The notes: generated from the sequence alone by a model not told the origin. DNA of 53,942 nt from an uncultured Candidatus Poseidoniales archaeon (GCA_902573015.1 CACGIE010000006.1:1-53942); one strand, 5' to 3'. Counted from the first letter of the stretch, positions 1 to 10,065 are shown. A program made the numbers and translations.

Positions 1-2617
1 CCAATCCTGAGTAGTCGAGGGATCCCTCGGGACCCGCAGTTCCCTCCAATCCGCTCCTGAAGCGGAATCTGATGTCAATTGTCTGTCCGGCGTATGGAGT
101 GAGATCGATTGAGTCTGCCATCTGATCTTGGCCGCCGTCTTCCCAACAAATTCCGTAGGTGATGGCGCAGGAGTCTCTGATTCCACCAGATTCAGTGTAG
201 TTGTTCCACATTGTGGTGTGCCAGTCTCCGAAGAAGTTGGAATTGTAATCGTTGTACTCGGGGTCGGGTGCGCTAGAGACCCTCTCCTCGATTTTGTACT
301 TCCTCTCGTTGTCCCATCCTCCGAATCTCCAAACGGTCTCCCATCCACTACCATCGCTCCAAACCTCGATGCTGCAGGAGTCCTCGTACAGCCATCTCTC
401 GATGACGTCGTATGGCTCCGCCAAGAAGAGCTCGAAGAATCCCGCACTGCATATTGCATCCATGTCCAAGAATGCTGCATCGGCACCGGATAGGTCGATT
501 CCCTCCAGTATCAGAGCCTCGTCCATGTGGTTGTAGTAGCCGGTGTCATCCGTGGTGTTTCCATCATCTAACTCGTATGTGTGAGTTACTCCGGACCAGA
601 AGTAGTTCGTTGGGTTGGCCTCGGCCTCCCAGTAGGGGTATGCAACGGGTCCGTCCCAGGATTCGTTGTTTTCCTCGGGGTTGCCGTCTGCAGCGAGGCA
701 AGTGTCAGTTCCGTTAGGCATACACTGGTAGTCACTGTTGTTGAAATGGACAACATCGTACTCATCGTAGTCTTGACTGATCCAATACCTGTCCTCGTCT
801 ATGTGCCAAGAGGAATTGCCAATACCGTACTCGCCTGTGTACGAGTACTTGTTCAGGGTTGCTCCTGCGGAGTTAATGTTAGGCGAGTCGGTCTCGAAGT
901 CGTTGAAGTAGACGACCGTGTCAGTACCGCCAAGTACCTCCCTGACCTCAAGGTCGACGTCGAAGCTGCCACTCGAAATGGGCATCAGACCAGTGTTCTT
1001 CACAGTGACGTTGACCCATCGATTTCCTTCCCCGACGATGCTCTGGAATGTCGCAGGATCGGTTACCGAGGGTTCGATCTCGACTCTGGTAATTCCGAGG
1101 TCGTAATTATCCAGTACTAGCACGGATAGGTAATCGCCCTGGCCAGCATAACCTTGGGTATCCAACCACATGGCGTTGTTTGAGAATCTGTATGTGTAGT
1201 CCTCCTGTCCGATTACAACCTCTAGTGCGCTGTTCTCGCCTCCTTGGAGCTGCCCTGGCATGGCCATGGTCGGTCTCCTACCTACGTCGAATGACAGAGG
1301 TGGGAGGTACCCGTTAGTATCTGGATCTGCTAGCAGAATCTGTACGGTGTTCAGGGCTCTGAGGTTGGGCCTGAGAAGGAATGTCTGATTCTGAACCGTT
1401 GACTCCTGGGTATCCAAGAGGGTGAGGGATGTTGGGACGAAGAAGTCCAGCTCTCCGTCCTGGTTAACGTCTGCAATGGTTACGGATGCACCGAGGAAGT
1501 CTCCGAAGTCGACGTAGTTCTGCTTGTCCCATCCTGAGGATGTCTTGGTGGCGTATGACACGTTTCCTGTGATTCCATCTACTGCTGCGATGATATCAAT
1601 CTCATTGACGTCGTCATCAGGGGTGGAGTCTGCGATATCGAACCCGTACAGTGGGTAGTCGTGCTCAGCATCGAGTTTGAACTCGTGGATGGTCCCGGAG
1701 CCGGTTGGGTCCATTGGGTTGGGGAACTGTCCGGTAACGCAATCGTACTCGAGCACGGTCACGTTGTCATAGGTCCCCGCAGAGTAGCCCACACCTGCAT
1801 TGTATGGTGGGGTCCTGAGTAGCCAGATGTCCAGATCCTCGCACTCTCCTGGGACTGGTTCTCCGGTTAGTGGGTTCTCCAGGAGGTCCTCGTTCCAATT
1901 ACCTAGCTTGAGATACTGATAGTAGCCACTTGTAAGAGGGACTGAAATGGGTGCGTGCTGATTGGAGGGGAGGCTGTAGTCAGGTCCCTTGTATATCTGT
2001 ATGAACTGGTTCGCGAAGGTTGAGTCGGTCGATGAGAATGCTACGTCCACGTAACCGTCATCGTTGATATCTCCTACATCGAAATCTGCTAGATAGGGGT
2101 TGATTACCGTAATCGTATCGAACATTTCCTCCCATTCGTTGACCCTCTTGTCGCATTCTCCCTTGAGTACAGTGAGGTTCGCTGGCCTGATGAATGATTC
2201 ACCGACGAACCTAACGTTCTGCTGGTAGTAGATGATGTCGTTTACATCGTCACCGTCGACATCGGCTATCTCCACGCGATTTCCGTCGGCGACGTCTCTG
2301 AATCCTGCCCTGTACGAGTCGTTGTTGGATATCTGGACATCCTGCCTGTCTGCGAAGCCGCCGTTTCCATCGTTGTATAGGAAGCTAATGAAGTGTCCAA
2401 AGCCGCTGCCGGAGCCTATGTCATTATCCCCATCGCAGTCCAGATCTCCGATCGTGATGTAGAGAGGATCTCTCTGGACTGCGTATTGAGTAGTGTGGGA
2501 AGCAGAAGCATAAGGCACTGCCGAGACGAACAGCGAAGTCAGCATGAGGAACACCAGTCCTACTGCCCTCCTGCCGCTTCCATGCTTACGGTTTCCATTC
2601 ATACTTACGTTCATCAT
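1..2617 (-). CDS. Large secreted/surface protein with FG-GAP/VCBS-like repeats, a CARDB-like segment and an adhesin/immune-inhibitor-like jelly-roll domain (runs off the left edge)
   Basis: Absent from the ORF track because it has no stop in the window. Manual translation gives an open frame of >860 codons from ATG 2617/2614/2602 to the edge. Signal peptide (GRRAVGLVFLMLTSLFVSAVPYASA); repeats IGDLDCDGDNDI, IADVDGDDVNDI, VGDINDDGYVDV, IADVNQDGELDF; VNVTVKNTG; SIDLTPYAGQTIDIRFRFRSG. Confidence 0.85.
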   Translation of the reverse strand, partial: MMNVSMNGNRKHGSGRRAVGLVFLMLTSLFVSAVPYASASHTTQYAVQRDPLYITIGDLDCDGDNDIGSGSGFGHFISFLYNDGNGGFADRQDVQISNNDSYRAGFRDVADGNRVEIADVDGDDVNDIIYYQQNVRFVGESFIRPANLTVLKGECDKRVNEWEEMFDTITVINPYLADFDVGDINDDGYVDVAFSSTDSTFANQFIQIYKGPDYSLPSNQHAPISVPLTSGYYQYLKLGNWNEDLLENPLTGEPVPGECEDLDIWLLRTPPYNAGVGYSAGTYDNVTVLEYDCVTGQFPNPMDPTGSGTIHEFKLDAEHDYPLYGFDIADSTPDDDVNEIDIIAAVDGITGNVSYATKTSSGWDKQNYVDFGDFLGASVTIADVNQDGELDFFVPTSLTLLDTQESTVQNQTFLLRPNLRALNTVQILLADPDTNGYLPPLSFDVGRRPTMAMPGQLQGGENSALEVVIGQEDYTYRFSNNAMWLDTQGYAGQGDYLSVLVLDNYDLGITRVEIEPSVTDPATFQSIVGEGNRWVNVTVKNTGLMPISSGSFDVDLEVREVLGGTDTVVYFNDFETDSPNINSAGATLNKYSYTGEYGIGNSSWHIDEDRYWISQDYDEYDVVHFNNSDYQCMPNGTDTCLAADGNPEENNESWDGPVAYPYWEAEANPTNYFWSGVTHTYELDDGNTTDDTGYYNHMDEALILEGIDLSGADAAFLDMDAICSAGFFELFLAEPYDVIERWLYEDSCSIEVWSDGSGWETVWRFGGWDNERKYKIEERVSSAPDPEYNDYNSNFFGDWHTTMWNNYTESGGIRDSCAITYGICWEDGGQDQMADSIDLTPYAGQTIDIRFRFRSGLEGTAGPEGSLDYSGL

Positions 2618-2640
2618 GGTAGTTCGGACTTTCCGACCAC

Positions 2641-2654
2641 TCTTATGCATTACC
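2641..2654 (-). promoter_or_regulatory. GGTAATGCATAAGA motif, copy 1 (promoter or operator candidate)
   Basis: Exact 14-bp match to 7045-7058; ends about 24 nt upstream of ATG 2617, the usual TATA position. Confidence 0.45.
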
Positions 2655-2693
2655 GAGACGTGTTTTTTTGATGCATTAGGGAATGTCGTCGAA

Positions 2694-3149
2694 TTACTTC
2701 ATCTCCAGCCAGCTTGGATTAGGCGAATAACTTACTTCTTCGCCACCGTAGACCTTCTCGAGCCTCCCCATTAGCCATAGCCTGTCTAGGAAAATCTCCA
2801 GATCGATTCTCTCTCTGTTCATTCTCTCTCCCACAAGTAGCTCTATGGTCCCAACATCCAACGATGAGTGTCCATGCTCCCTTACGATTAACGTCAGGAG
2901 AATTTGGAGCCAGGACTCTGCCATCGGATCCCCGGACAGATTGTTATTGAGGGGTTCAGGGTCCTCAATCTCGTCCAGGAATTCCATTATCGCCTTGATG
3001 TCCGGCTTCGTCTTCTTCGAGATTCCGTGCTCTTCGGCCTTCGATGCCAGGTTGAGGTCACCGACCTTCCTTACTATGGATGGGATTCTGGACGGATCAG
3101 GTGGAGGTCCGGGGAGCCCGTTTTCTGATTCGGATTCGTCTTCTGCCAT
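2694..3149 (-). CDS. Hypothetical protein, possible C-terminal winged-helix-like fold
   Basis: 151-aa ORF directly downstream of acnA with a GAGGT RBS; helical C-terminus followed by GRLEKVYGGEEVSYSPN. Confidence 0.7.
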   Translation of the reverse strand: MAEDESESENGLPGPPPDPSRIPSIVRKVGDLNLASKAEEHGISKKTKPDIKAIMEFLDEIEDPEPLNNNLSGDPMAESWLQILLTLIVREHGHSSLDVGTIELLVGERMNRERIDLEIFLDRLWLMGRLEKVYGGEEVSYSPNPSWLEMK

Positions 3150-3179
3150 TCTATTACCTCGATGCTTGCGTGAATGAAT

Positions 3180-5867
3180 TCAATCTTTTGCCAGATTCCT
3201 GAGGACCGTTTGCAGGATTCCTCCGTTTCTGTAGTACTCGACCTCTACTGGCGTCTCCAATCTGACAATAACAGGGAAACTGACCACTGTCCCGTCCCCC
3301 TTCTTCGCTGTTACGATTATCTCAGAGAACGGATCGAGATCACCGGATGCAGGGATGCTGTAGAGCTCGGTGCCATCGAGACCCAATGATTCTGCATCGG
3401 CCCCATCAGAGAATGCTAGTGGGAGGACTCCCATTCCCACCAGGTTAGACCTATGGATCCGCTCGTATGACTTGGCTATAACGGCCCTTACGCCAAGAAG
3501 GAAGGTGCCTTTTGCAGCCCAGTCCCTGCTGCTTCCGGAGCCATACTGAGAGCCTGCCAATACCACTAGTTGCGTGGATTCTGATTGGTACCTCTCACTG
3601 GCTTCGTGTATGGAAACTACCTCGTTGGTTGGAAAGTGTGTTGTGAGTCCGCCCTCGGTTCCGGGTGCAGTCTGGTTCCTCATCCTGATATTGGCGAATG
3701 TCCCCCTGATCATTACCTCATGATTGCCTCGACGACTCCCGAAGGAGTTGAAGTCTCGGGGTTCGACTCCCTTGCTCATCAGATACTTACCCGCTGGACC
3801 GCTGCTGGGGAAGGCCCCCGCAGGACTGATGTGATCCGTAGTAACCGAGTCGCCGACCTTCACCAGGACCCTCGCATCCTCTATCGGTTCCACGGGAGAT
3901 GGTTCAGGTTCGATGCCCTGGAAGAAAGAGGGTAGACGCACGTACGTGGAATCCTCGTCCCACGGGAAAAGTTCGCTTGCTTCACTAGGAATCGAGTCCC
4001 ATCTGGGCTCACTTAGAACGTCTGAGTATCGCCTGATGAACATCTCCGGTCCAATAGCGGCTTCTACGGTTCTACGAATCTCATCATCACTAGGCCAGAT
4101 GTCTGACAGCATCACAGGCTCTCCTGCACCATCCAAGCCAAGGGGTTCCTTGCTGAAATCTATGTCCAATGTTCCTGCCAGAGCGTAGGCCACTACCAAA
4201 GGCGGGCTAGCTAGGTAGTTCGCCTTGATCTTCTGATGTATCCTTCCTTCGAAATTACGATTACCGGAGAGGACGCTTCCCACAACCAAATCCCCATCGT
4301 CTATTGCTGCCTCTATCTCAGGATCCAGAGGTCCGGAGTTTCCTATGCAAGTGGTGCATCCGTAGCCAACTACGCTGAACCCCAGAGAGTCCAGGTCATC
4401 GGAAAGACCCGATGCATCGTAGTACTCGGTAACGACTCTGCTGCCAGGAGCTAGGCTGGGCTTAACCCAAGGCTTGATCTGCAATCCTCTTGATCTGGCA
4501 TTCCTAGCCATCAATCCTGCTGCGATCATCACACTTGGATTGCTGGTATTGGTGCAGCTAGTTATGGCTGCGATAACCACGTCTCCGTGATTCAAAACAC
4601 ATCCCCTTCCCTCTATCGGTGACGAGTCTGAGTTCCTACTGGGGTCAATCCCATGGCCCTGATGGCCCGTCTCAGCATTCAGGCTGGCTCTCCAGTGAGA
4701 CTTCATTTCTGACAGTGAGACTCTGTCCTGAGGCCTCTTTGGTCCGGAAAGTGAGGGTTCTACAGTTCCCAGGTCCAATTCGAGATTCGATGTGAATTTG
4801 GGGGTAGTTGATGATTGTTCATAGAATAGTCCCTGAGCCGACATGAATCGCTTCACATCCTCCACGTGATCAGTGTCTCTTCCTGAGAGTATCATGTAGT
4901 CAAGAGTGGTCTGGTCGACGGGGAAGAAGCCGCATGTTGCCCCATACTCAGGTGCCATATTTGCAATAGTGGCCCTATCTGGTAGGCTCAGGCTAGAGAG
5001 TCCTTGACCATGGAACTCTACGAATTTTCCAACGCAGCCATGCTCCCTGAGCATCTCAACTATTCTCAGAGTCATATCAGTCGCTGTAACTCCTGGTTGT
5101 AGTTCTCCGCTTAGTTCGAAACCTACAACCTCTGGAAGCAGCATGTAGATCGGCTGTCCTAGCATCACGGCTTCTGCCTCTATTCCACCGACACCCCAAC
5201 CAAGAACCCCCAATCCGTTGATCATGGTAGTATGGGAGTCGGTCCCCACAAGGGAGTCTGGAATCCAAGTTCCATCTTCCTCCCTGGCTACGCTAGCGAT
5301 CCATTCTAGATTCACCTGGTGCACTATTCCCCTTCCAGGCGGGACTGCCCTGAAGTTGTCAAGGCTCAATTGCCCCCATTTCAGGAACTTGTACCTCTCT
5401 GAGTTCCTCTCATATTCTATCTCCAAGTTACGCTCTCTGGCATCCGGAAATAGTCCCGATACATCCACTTGGACGGAGTGATCGATAACCAGGTCTACAG
5501 GAACTTGGGGGTTCACCTTCGCCGGATCGCCCCCGAGATCCTTCATTGCATCTCTGAGTGCTGCAATATCCACTATTGCAGGGACTCCAGTAAAGTCCTG
5601 TAGAATGACCCTACTGGGACTGAAAGGAATCTCCTCCGGCTTCATTTCTGGTGACCAGGAGGCTATTCTAGTGACATCTTCCTCATTCACTAGGAATCCA
5701 TCGCATTTTCTCAGAGCGGACTCAAGAAGTATCCTGATGGAGAATGGGATATCATCCAATTTGCACAATCCCCTTTCCTCAAGGGAATGCAGGTCCATGA
5801 ATCTGGCCATCGTGCCATCGGACTTCTCGAACTCTGACTTGGCACCGAATGGATTGTCACCCCCCAT
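3180..5867 (-). CDS. acnA: Aconitate hydratase AcnA
   Basis: 895 aa; motifs RVILQDFTGVP, DLVIDHSVQVD, GTDSHT, AITSCTNTSNP, GYGCTTCIGNSG, TTDHISPAG, GSSRDWAAKG; GGTGA RBS. Confidence 0.97.
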   Translation of the reverse strand: MGGDNPFGAKSEFEKSDGTMARFMDLHSLEERGLCKLDDIPFSIRILLESALRKCDGFLVNEEDVTRIASWSPEMKPEEIPFSPSRVILQDFTGVPAIVDIAALRDAMKDLGGDPAKVNPQVPVDLVIDHSVQVDVSGLFPDARERNLEIEYERNSERYKFLKWGQLSLDNFRAVPPGRGIVHQVNLEWIASVAREEDGTWIPDSLVGTDSHTTMINGLGVLGWGVGGIEAEAVMLGQPIYMLLPEVVGFELSGELQPGVTATDMTLRIVEMLREHGCVGKFVEFHGQGLSSLSLPDRATIANMAPEYGATCGFFPVDQTTLDYMILSGRDTDHVEDVKRFMSAQGLFYEQSSTTPKFTSNLELDLGTVEPSLSGPKRPQDRVSLSEMKSHWRASLNAETGHQGHGIDPSRNSDSSPIEGRGCVLNHGDVVIAAITSCTNTSNPSVMIAAGLMARNARSRGLQIKPWVKPSLAPGSRVVTEYYDASGLSDDLDSLGFSVVGYGCTTCIGNSGPLDPEIEAAIDDGDLVVGSVLSGNRNFEGRIHQKIKANYLASPPLVVAYALAGTLDIDFSKEPLGLDGAGEPVMLSDIWPSDDEIRRTVEAAIGPEMFIRRYSDVLSEPRWDSIPSEASELFPWDEDSTYVRLPSFFQGIEPEPSPVEPIEDARVLVKVGDSVTTDHISPAGAFPSSGPAGKYLMSKGVEPRDFNSFGSRRGNHEVMIRGTFANIRMRNQTAPGTEGGLTTHFPTNEVVSIHEASERYQSESTQLVVLAGSQYGSGSSRDWAAKGTFLLGVRAVIAKSYERIHRSNLVGMGVLPLAFSDGADAESLGLDGTELYSIPASGDLDPFSEIIVTAKKGDGTVVSFPVIVRLETPVEVEYYRNGGILQTVLRNLAKD

Positions 5868-5925
5868 AAACTCACCAAACTAAACCGCTAGTCAGGAGTA
5901 CATGAAGTTCACTAAGTGAAGTGAA

Positions 5926-6972
5926 TCAGTTGATTACGCTGGCAGATAGGATTCTGACTGGATCCACTGGCCGATTAGAGTTTGTTTCCACCTTGCTGAT
6001 AGCGTCAACGTGGTCCTGTCCGTCGGTTACGTAACCATACACTGTATGGCAGCTGTCCCTGCTGCAATCCTTTCCGACCTCCCAATCAAGGTGGCAAGGA
6101 TCCGCAGTTCCACAACCATCGCTGGGGACGATATAGAATTGGCTTCCGTCTGTATTCACACCTGCGTGAGCAGCAGCCAGTGCTCCAGCAGTGTGCCTCA
6201 GACCGTTCTCGTGTTCTTGTGGTACCGTGTAGTCCGTCTTGTCGGGACATTGTGACTCGGGCATTTGCTCGCCGTTGCACCAACCATAGTAGTGTGCGGC
6301 ATATCCCCCGGATCCTCCCATGCTCTCGACATCCCCTCCCTGAATCATGAATTCTGATATCACCCTATGGAACTCTATTCCGACATATGCGCCGTTCTCA
6401 ACATGGGTCAGGAAGCTCTCAACGTGCATAGGCGCCTCATCCTCATACAGCTCGATTTGTATTTCACCTGTAATTGTCTGACCGTTCTGGACGTACTGCA
6501 CCTCCATTGAAACCAGAGGATTGTTGGTATCGTCAAAGAATTCAGATACCAGCTTGACTGATACCAGTAGTCCCGCAAGAGTGAGAATCATTACTAGCAA
6601 TCCCAACGGAGTCGGATTTCCCTGGTCAAACATCTGAAACCCGAGCCCTAGTGAAATTGACTCCTCGTCCATCATTGAAGCAAGTTTGTTCATCTTTACG
6701 CGCGTTTCCTTGCTCTTTGAGTTTATTGACAGTGCATTGTTGTAGTTTCGATACGCCTTCTGCCAGTGGGACTTCCGGTTCTTGCCGTCTATCAGTCCCA
6801 GTTCGGTCCCTGCATCTGCGGCCAATGCTAGTGTCTTGGCCCTCTGAGTCTCGTTTTCGATACTCCCCCATGCGGCTCTTAGTGCTCCTAGAGCTGCTTC
6901 TGGGTCTTTCTTTTCCTCGACCAAGGCCAATGCGTCGTCCCAAGCCTTCTGTAGTTCCGATGGTACAGGCAC
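5926..6972 (-). CDS. Membrane-anchored cyclophilin-type peptidyl-prolyl isomerase with an N-terminal helical (TPR-like) domain
   Basis: FHRVISEFMIQGGD, GSQFYIV and HTVYGYV cyclophilin motifs; central TM helix (LGLLVMILTLAGLLVSV). Confidence 0.9.
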   Translation of the reverse strand: MPVPSELQKAWDDALALVEEKKDPEAALGALRAAWGSIENETQRAKTLALAADAGTELGLIDGKNRKSHWQKAYRNYNNALSINSKSKETRVKMNKLASMMDEESISLGLGFQMFDQGNPTPLGLLVMILTLAGLLVSVKLVSEFFDDTNNPLVSMEVQYVQNGQTITGEIQIELYEDEAPMHVESFLTHVENGAYVGIEFHRVISEFMIQGGDVESMGGSGGYAAHYYGWCNGEQMPESQCPDKTDYTVPQEHENGLRHTAGALAAAHAGVNTDGSQFYIVPSDGCGTADPCHLDWEVGKDCSRDSCHTVYGYVTDGQDHVDAISKVETNSNRPVDPVRILSASVIN

Positions 6973-7044
6973 GAGCCGGCGAAACCCCTCTCATTGAAAA
7001 CTCCAGCGGAAGGGCTCCTGTAGCCGATTGGTTGATTCTTCCAT

Positions 7045-7058
7045 GGTAATGCATAAGA
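7045..7058 (+). promoter_or_regulatory. GGTAATGCATAAGA motif, copy 2
   Basis: Exact match to the reverse complement of 2641-2654; in the intergenic region upstream of the oxidoreductase alpha gene. Confidence 0.45.
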
Positions 7059-7123
7059 CCCAGAGTCATCGCCGAGACCTTGCGAGTAGCCGTTTTGTGA
7101 TAGCACTGGGGACCAAGAGAGCA

Positions 7124-8905
7124 ATGGAAAAAATCGTCAATGATTTCGTAGTTAACGTCGCAACCGCCAACGGGACGGGGTCTCAGTCGTCCAATCTCAT
7201 AATTCTACATTCAATGTTCGAGATGGGAGTGCCCGTCAGTGGCAAGAACCTCTTCCCTAGCAACATATCTGGCTTACCGACATGGTTCATAATTAGGGCT
7301 AGTGATAGGGGATATCAGGCTCCGGGCGATGGGACGAACATTCAGATTCTGATGAACAAAGATACATGGATTAAGGATCTTGAAGGCCTTGAGCCTGGTA
7401 CGATAGTGGTTTACAACGAGGATGTGAAGATGCCTGTCGAGAGGGATGATTGCGTCCTATTGGGAATGCCAATGACAAAGATGGCTAGGAAGATAAACCC
7501 GAAGCTTGGGAGGCTGATAGCAAATATGTACTACGTAGGTGCCGTGGCACACCTCCTTGGCGTAGAGGAAGATGCAATCGAAAAGGCGGTTAAAGCCCAG
7601 TTCAAGGGAAAGGAGAAGGCAGTTGAGCTCAATATTCAGGCTATATCAGAGGGAAGAGAGTACGCCAATGATAACTGGGATTTCGATTGCCAGTTCAGCG
7701 TAGAGTCGAGAGACAAGGATCCAGACACATTCCTGATTGAGGGTAACGAGGCAATCGCACTAGGTTCGATATACGGAGGCATTAGCATGCTCTCTTGGTA
7801 CCCCATTACCCCATCTTCATCTCTTGCGGAATCGGTAATCAACTGGCTTCCAGAGCTTCGAAGTGACGGTGACGGGGGCAGTACGTGTGCTGTGATTCAA
7901 GCAGAGGACGAACTAGCAGCTGCGGGGATGGTTCTGGGTGCTGGATGGGCAGGAGGAAGGGGGATGACCTGCACTAGCGGACCGGGTATCTCCCTGATGT
8001 CTGAGTTCATTGGATTGTTCTACTTCTCTGAAGTCCCAGGCGTAATATGGGACGTCAACAGGGTTGGACCGTCCACCGGGTTGCCTACTAGAACACAGCA
8101 GGGGGACCTCTCAATGCTATACGAGGCTAGTCACGGGGACACCCAGCACATTGTACTAATCCCGGGGACTGTAGACGAATGCTTCGAGTTCGGGTGGCGA
8201 GTTTTCGACTATGCCGAGAGGTTCCAGACTATGGTTTTCGGGTTCAATGATCTTGATCTGGGAATGAACCGATGGAAGACATCCGGATTCACCTATCCGG
8301 ATTCTCCCATGGATAGGGGGAAGGTGGTCAGGAGCCAGGAAGAGATGGACTCTATGCCCGAGTATGGGAGATACCGAGACGTGGATGGAGACGGAATAGC
8401 ATACAGGACACTTCCTGGGAGCGGACTCGACCCAATACTCTACAGGGGAACGGGCCATGACGAGGATGGGATATACTCTGAGGACCCCCAGGTATACCAC
8501 GATGCTATGGCTAGGCTGAAGAGGAAGATCGACGGTGCGAGAGAACACCTTCCTGCTCCCGTGATAAGGGAGGAGGAAAAGAAGGATCTTGGAGTGATAT
8601 TCTACGGCTCAATGGAGAATACCATTGTTGAGATAGACGACATGCTAGAGGAGTCCGGACTTTCTGTCAGCACATGCAGGGTAAGGGCGCTCCCACTGCA
8701 TTCAGGCGTGGAGGACTTCGTGAGAAGGCATGACAGGACCATTGTTCTAGAAATCAATCGGGACGGACAGCTATTCGGCATAATCCGAAAGGAGTTCCCC
8801 GCTGAGTTGATACCCAAGATACACAGCGTTTCCTACAGTGACGGCATGCCACCAAGGGCAAGGGTGTATTCTGATATGATTCTAGAAGTTCTGGAGGGCT
8901 TATGA
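7124..8905 (+). CDS. korA: 2-oxoacid:ferredoxin oxidoreductase alpha subunit (fused gamma-alpha)
   Basis: ATANGTGSQS, YPITPSS, QAEDELAA, TSGPGISLM, GPSTGLPT; likely start ATG 7124; substrate specificity is inferred. Confidence 0.9.
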   Translation: MEKIVNDFVVNVATANGTGSQSSNLIILHSMFEMGVPVSGKNLFPSNISGLPTWFIIRASDRGYQAPGDGTNIQILMNKDTWIKDLEGLEPGTIVVYNEDVKMPVERDDCVLLGMPMTKMARKINPKLGRLIANMYYVGAVAHLLGVEEDAIEKAVKAQFKGKEKAVELNIQAISEGREYANDNWDFDCQFSVESRDKDPDTFLIEGNEAIALGSIYGGISMLSWYPITPSSSLAESVINWLPELRSDGDGGSTCAVIQAEDELAAAGMVLGAGWAGGRGMTCTSGPGISLMSEFIGLFYFSEVPGVIWDVNRVGPSTGLPTRTQQGDLSMLYEASHGDTQHIVLIPGTVDECFEFGWRVFDYAERFQTMVFGFNDLDLGMNRWKTSGFTYPDSPMDRGKVVRSQEEMDSMPEYGRYRDVDGDGIAYRTLPGSGLDPILYRGTGHDEDGIYSEDPQVYHDAMARLKRKIDGAREHLPAPVIREEEKKDLGVIFYGSMENTIVEIDDMLEESGLSVSTCRVRALPLHSGVEDFVRRHDRTIVLEINRDGQLFGIIRKEFPAELIPKIHSVSYSDGMPPRARVYSDMILEVLEGL

Positions 8906-9930
8906 TGCTGAAGCTTAACGTCCTCGAACTGGAGAAATCCGAATACACCGGAGGCAAGTCCTCGCTTTGTCCTGGGTGTGGGCATGACCAGATTTCGAAC
9001 AACATTATCCAAGCGGCCTGGGAGAACGGAATCCGTCCCGAGAAGATTGCGAAGATGAGCGGGATAGGATGCTCTTCGAAGACTCCAGCGTACTTCCTGG
9101 GGAAGAGCCATGGCTTCAACACTGTCCATGGCAGGATGCCCTCTGTAACCACTGGGGCCAACGTGGTAAACAAGGACCTGAGCTTCCTAGCAGTCTCCGG
9201 CGACGGCGACACGGCGAGCATTGGAATCGGGCAGTTCGTCCATGCCATCAGGAGGAACCTGGACATGGTTTACATCGTCGAGAACAATGGCGTCTACGGC
9301 CTTACCAAGGGACAATACAGCGCCACCGTGGAGAAGGGGTCCAAGAAGAAGAAGGGGGTCGCAAATCAACAGGCACCGATAGACCTCTGTGCAATGGCAA
9401 TAAACCTCGGCTGTAGCTTCGTCGCGCGTTCCTTCTCTGGAAGCAAGAAGCAGCTTACTGCACTAATCAGAGCAGCCATGAGCCACAGGGGTATGGCATT
9501 CATCGACGTCATCTCCCCCTGCGTGACCTTCGCCAACAACGACGAGTCGTACAAGTCCTACAATTACGTTAAGGCCAACGACGAAGTCCTGCATATTCTG
9601 GATTACATCCCTCACTTCTCTCCTATTGAGGAGGTAGAGGTTCCAGAAGGGGAATACCAAGAGGTGAGCCTCTTCGACGGCTCTACCCTAAGGCTTGAGA
9701 CTCTGGCCGCTGATCATGACTACACAGATGCAGTTTCTGCCCTAAGCGCGATTCACCAGTCCGAGAAGGCGGAAAGGCACGTAACCGGACTGCTTTACTA
9801 CGACGATAACGTTCCCACAGCTACAGACACTCTAGGGCTGTCTGAAACACCACTGGTGGAACTCACTGAAGACTTGCTGCGACCTAGCCCAGATAGCCTA
9901 GAGAAGGTAAACTCAGGCTTCAGGTCATGA
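8902..9930 (+). CDS. korB: 2-oxoacid:ferredoxin oxidoreductase beta subunit
   Basis: LCPGCGH, SGIGCSS, HGR, GDGD...NN TPP-binding motif, YGLTKGQ, SPCVTF; ATGA overlap with the alpha gene. Confidence 0.92.
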   Translation: MMLKLNVLELEKSEYTGGKSSLCPGCGHDQISNNIIQAAWENGIRPEKIAKMSGIGCSSKTPAYFLGKSHGFNTVHGRMPSVTTGANVVNKDLSFLAVSGDGDTASIGIGQFVHAIRRNLDMVYIVENNGVYGLTKGQYSATVEKGSKKKKGVANQQAPIDLCAMAINLGCSFVARSFSGSKKQLTALIRAAMSHRGMAFIDVISPCVTFANNDESYKSYNYVKANDEVLHILDYIPHFSPIEEVEVPEGEYQEVSLFDGSTLRLETLAADHDYTDAVSALSAIHQSEKAERHVTGLLYYDDNVPTATDTLGLSETPLVELTEDLLRPSPDSLEKVNSGFRS

Positions 9931-9989
9931 GTTGAAAAACTGGATTGCTCGGTTTTCTTGAAATATCCGGGCCTAGTCCGTGCTACGTT

Positions 9990-10065
9990 AGTCCCTTGGT
10001 GTAGCGGTCCATCATATGGCACTCTGGATGCCATGACCCTGGTTCGAATCCGGGAGGGACTACCA
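9990..10065 (+). tRNA. tRNA-Gln(CTG)
   Basis: Acceptor stem AGTCCCT/AGGGACT, anticodon arm TGGCA-CTCTGGA-TGCCA, T arm GGTTCGAATCC, encoded CCA. Confidence 0.95.

Noticed and set aside
128-2774. Plus-strand ORFs of 60-180 aa in the track
   Set aside because: Antisense shadows of the long minus-strand FG-GAP gene; no recognisable motifs
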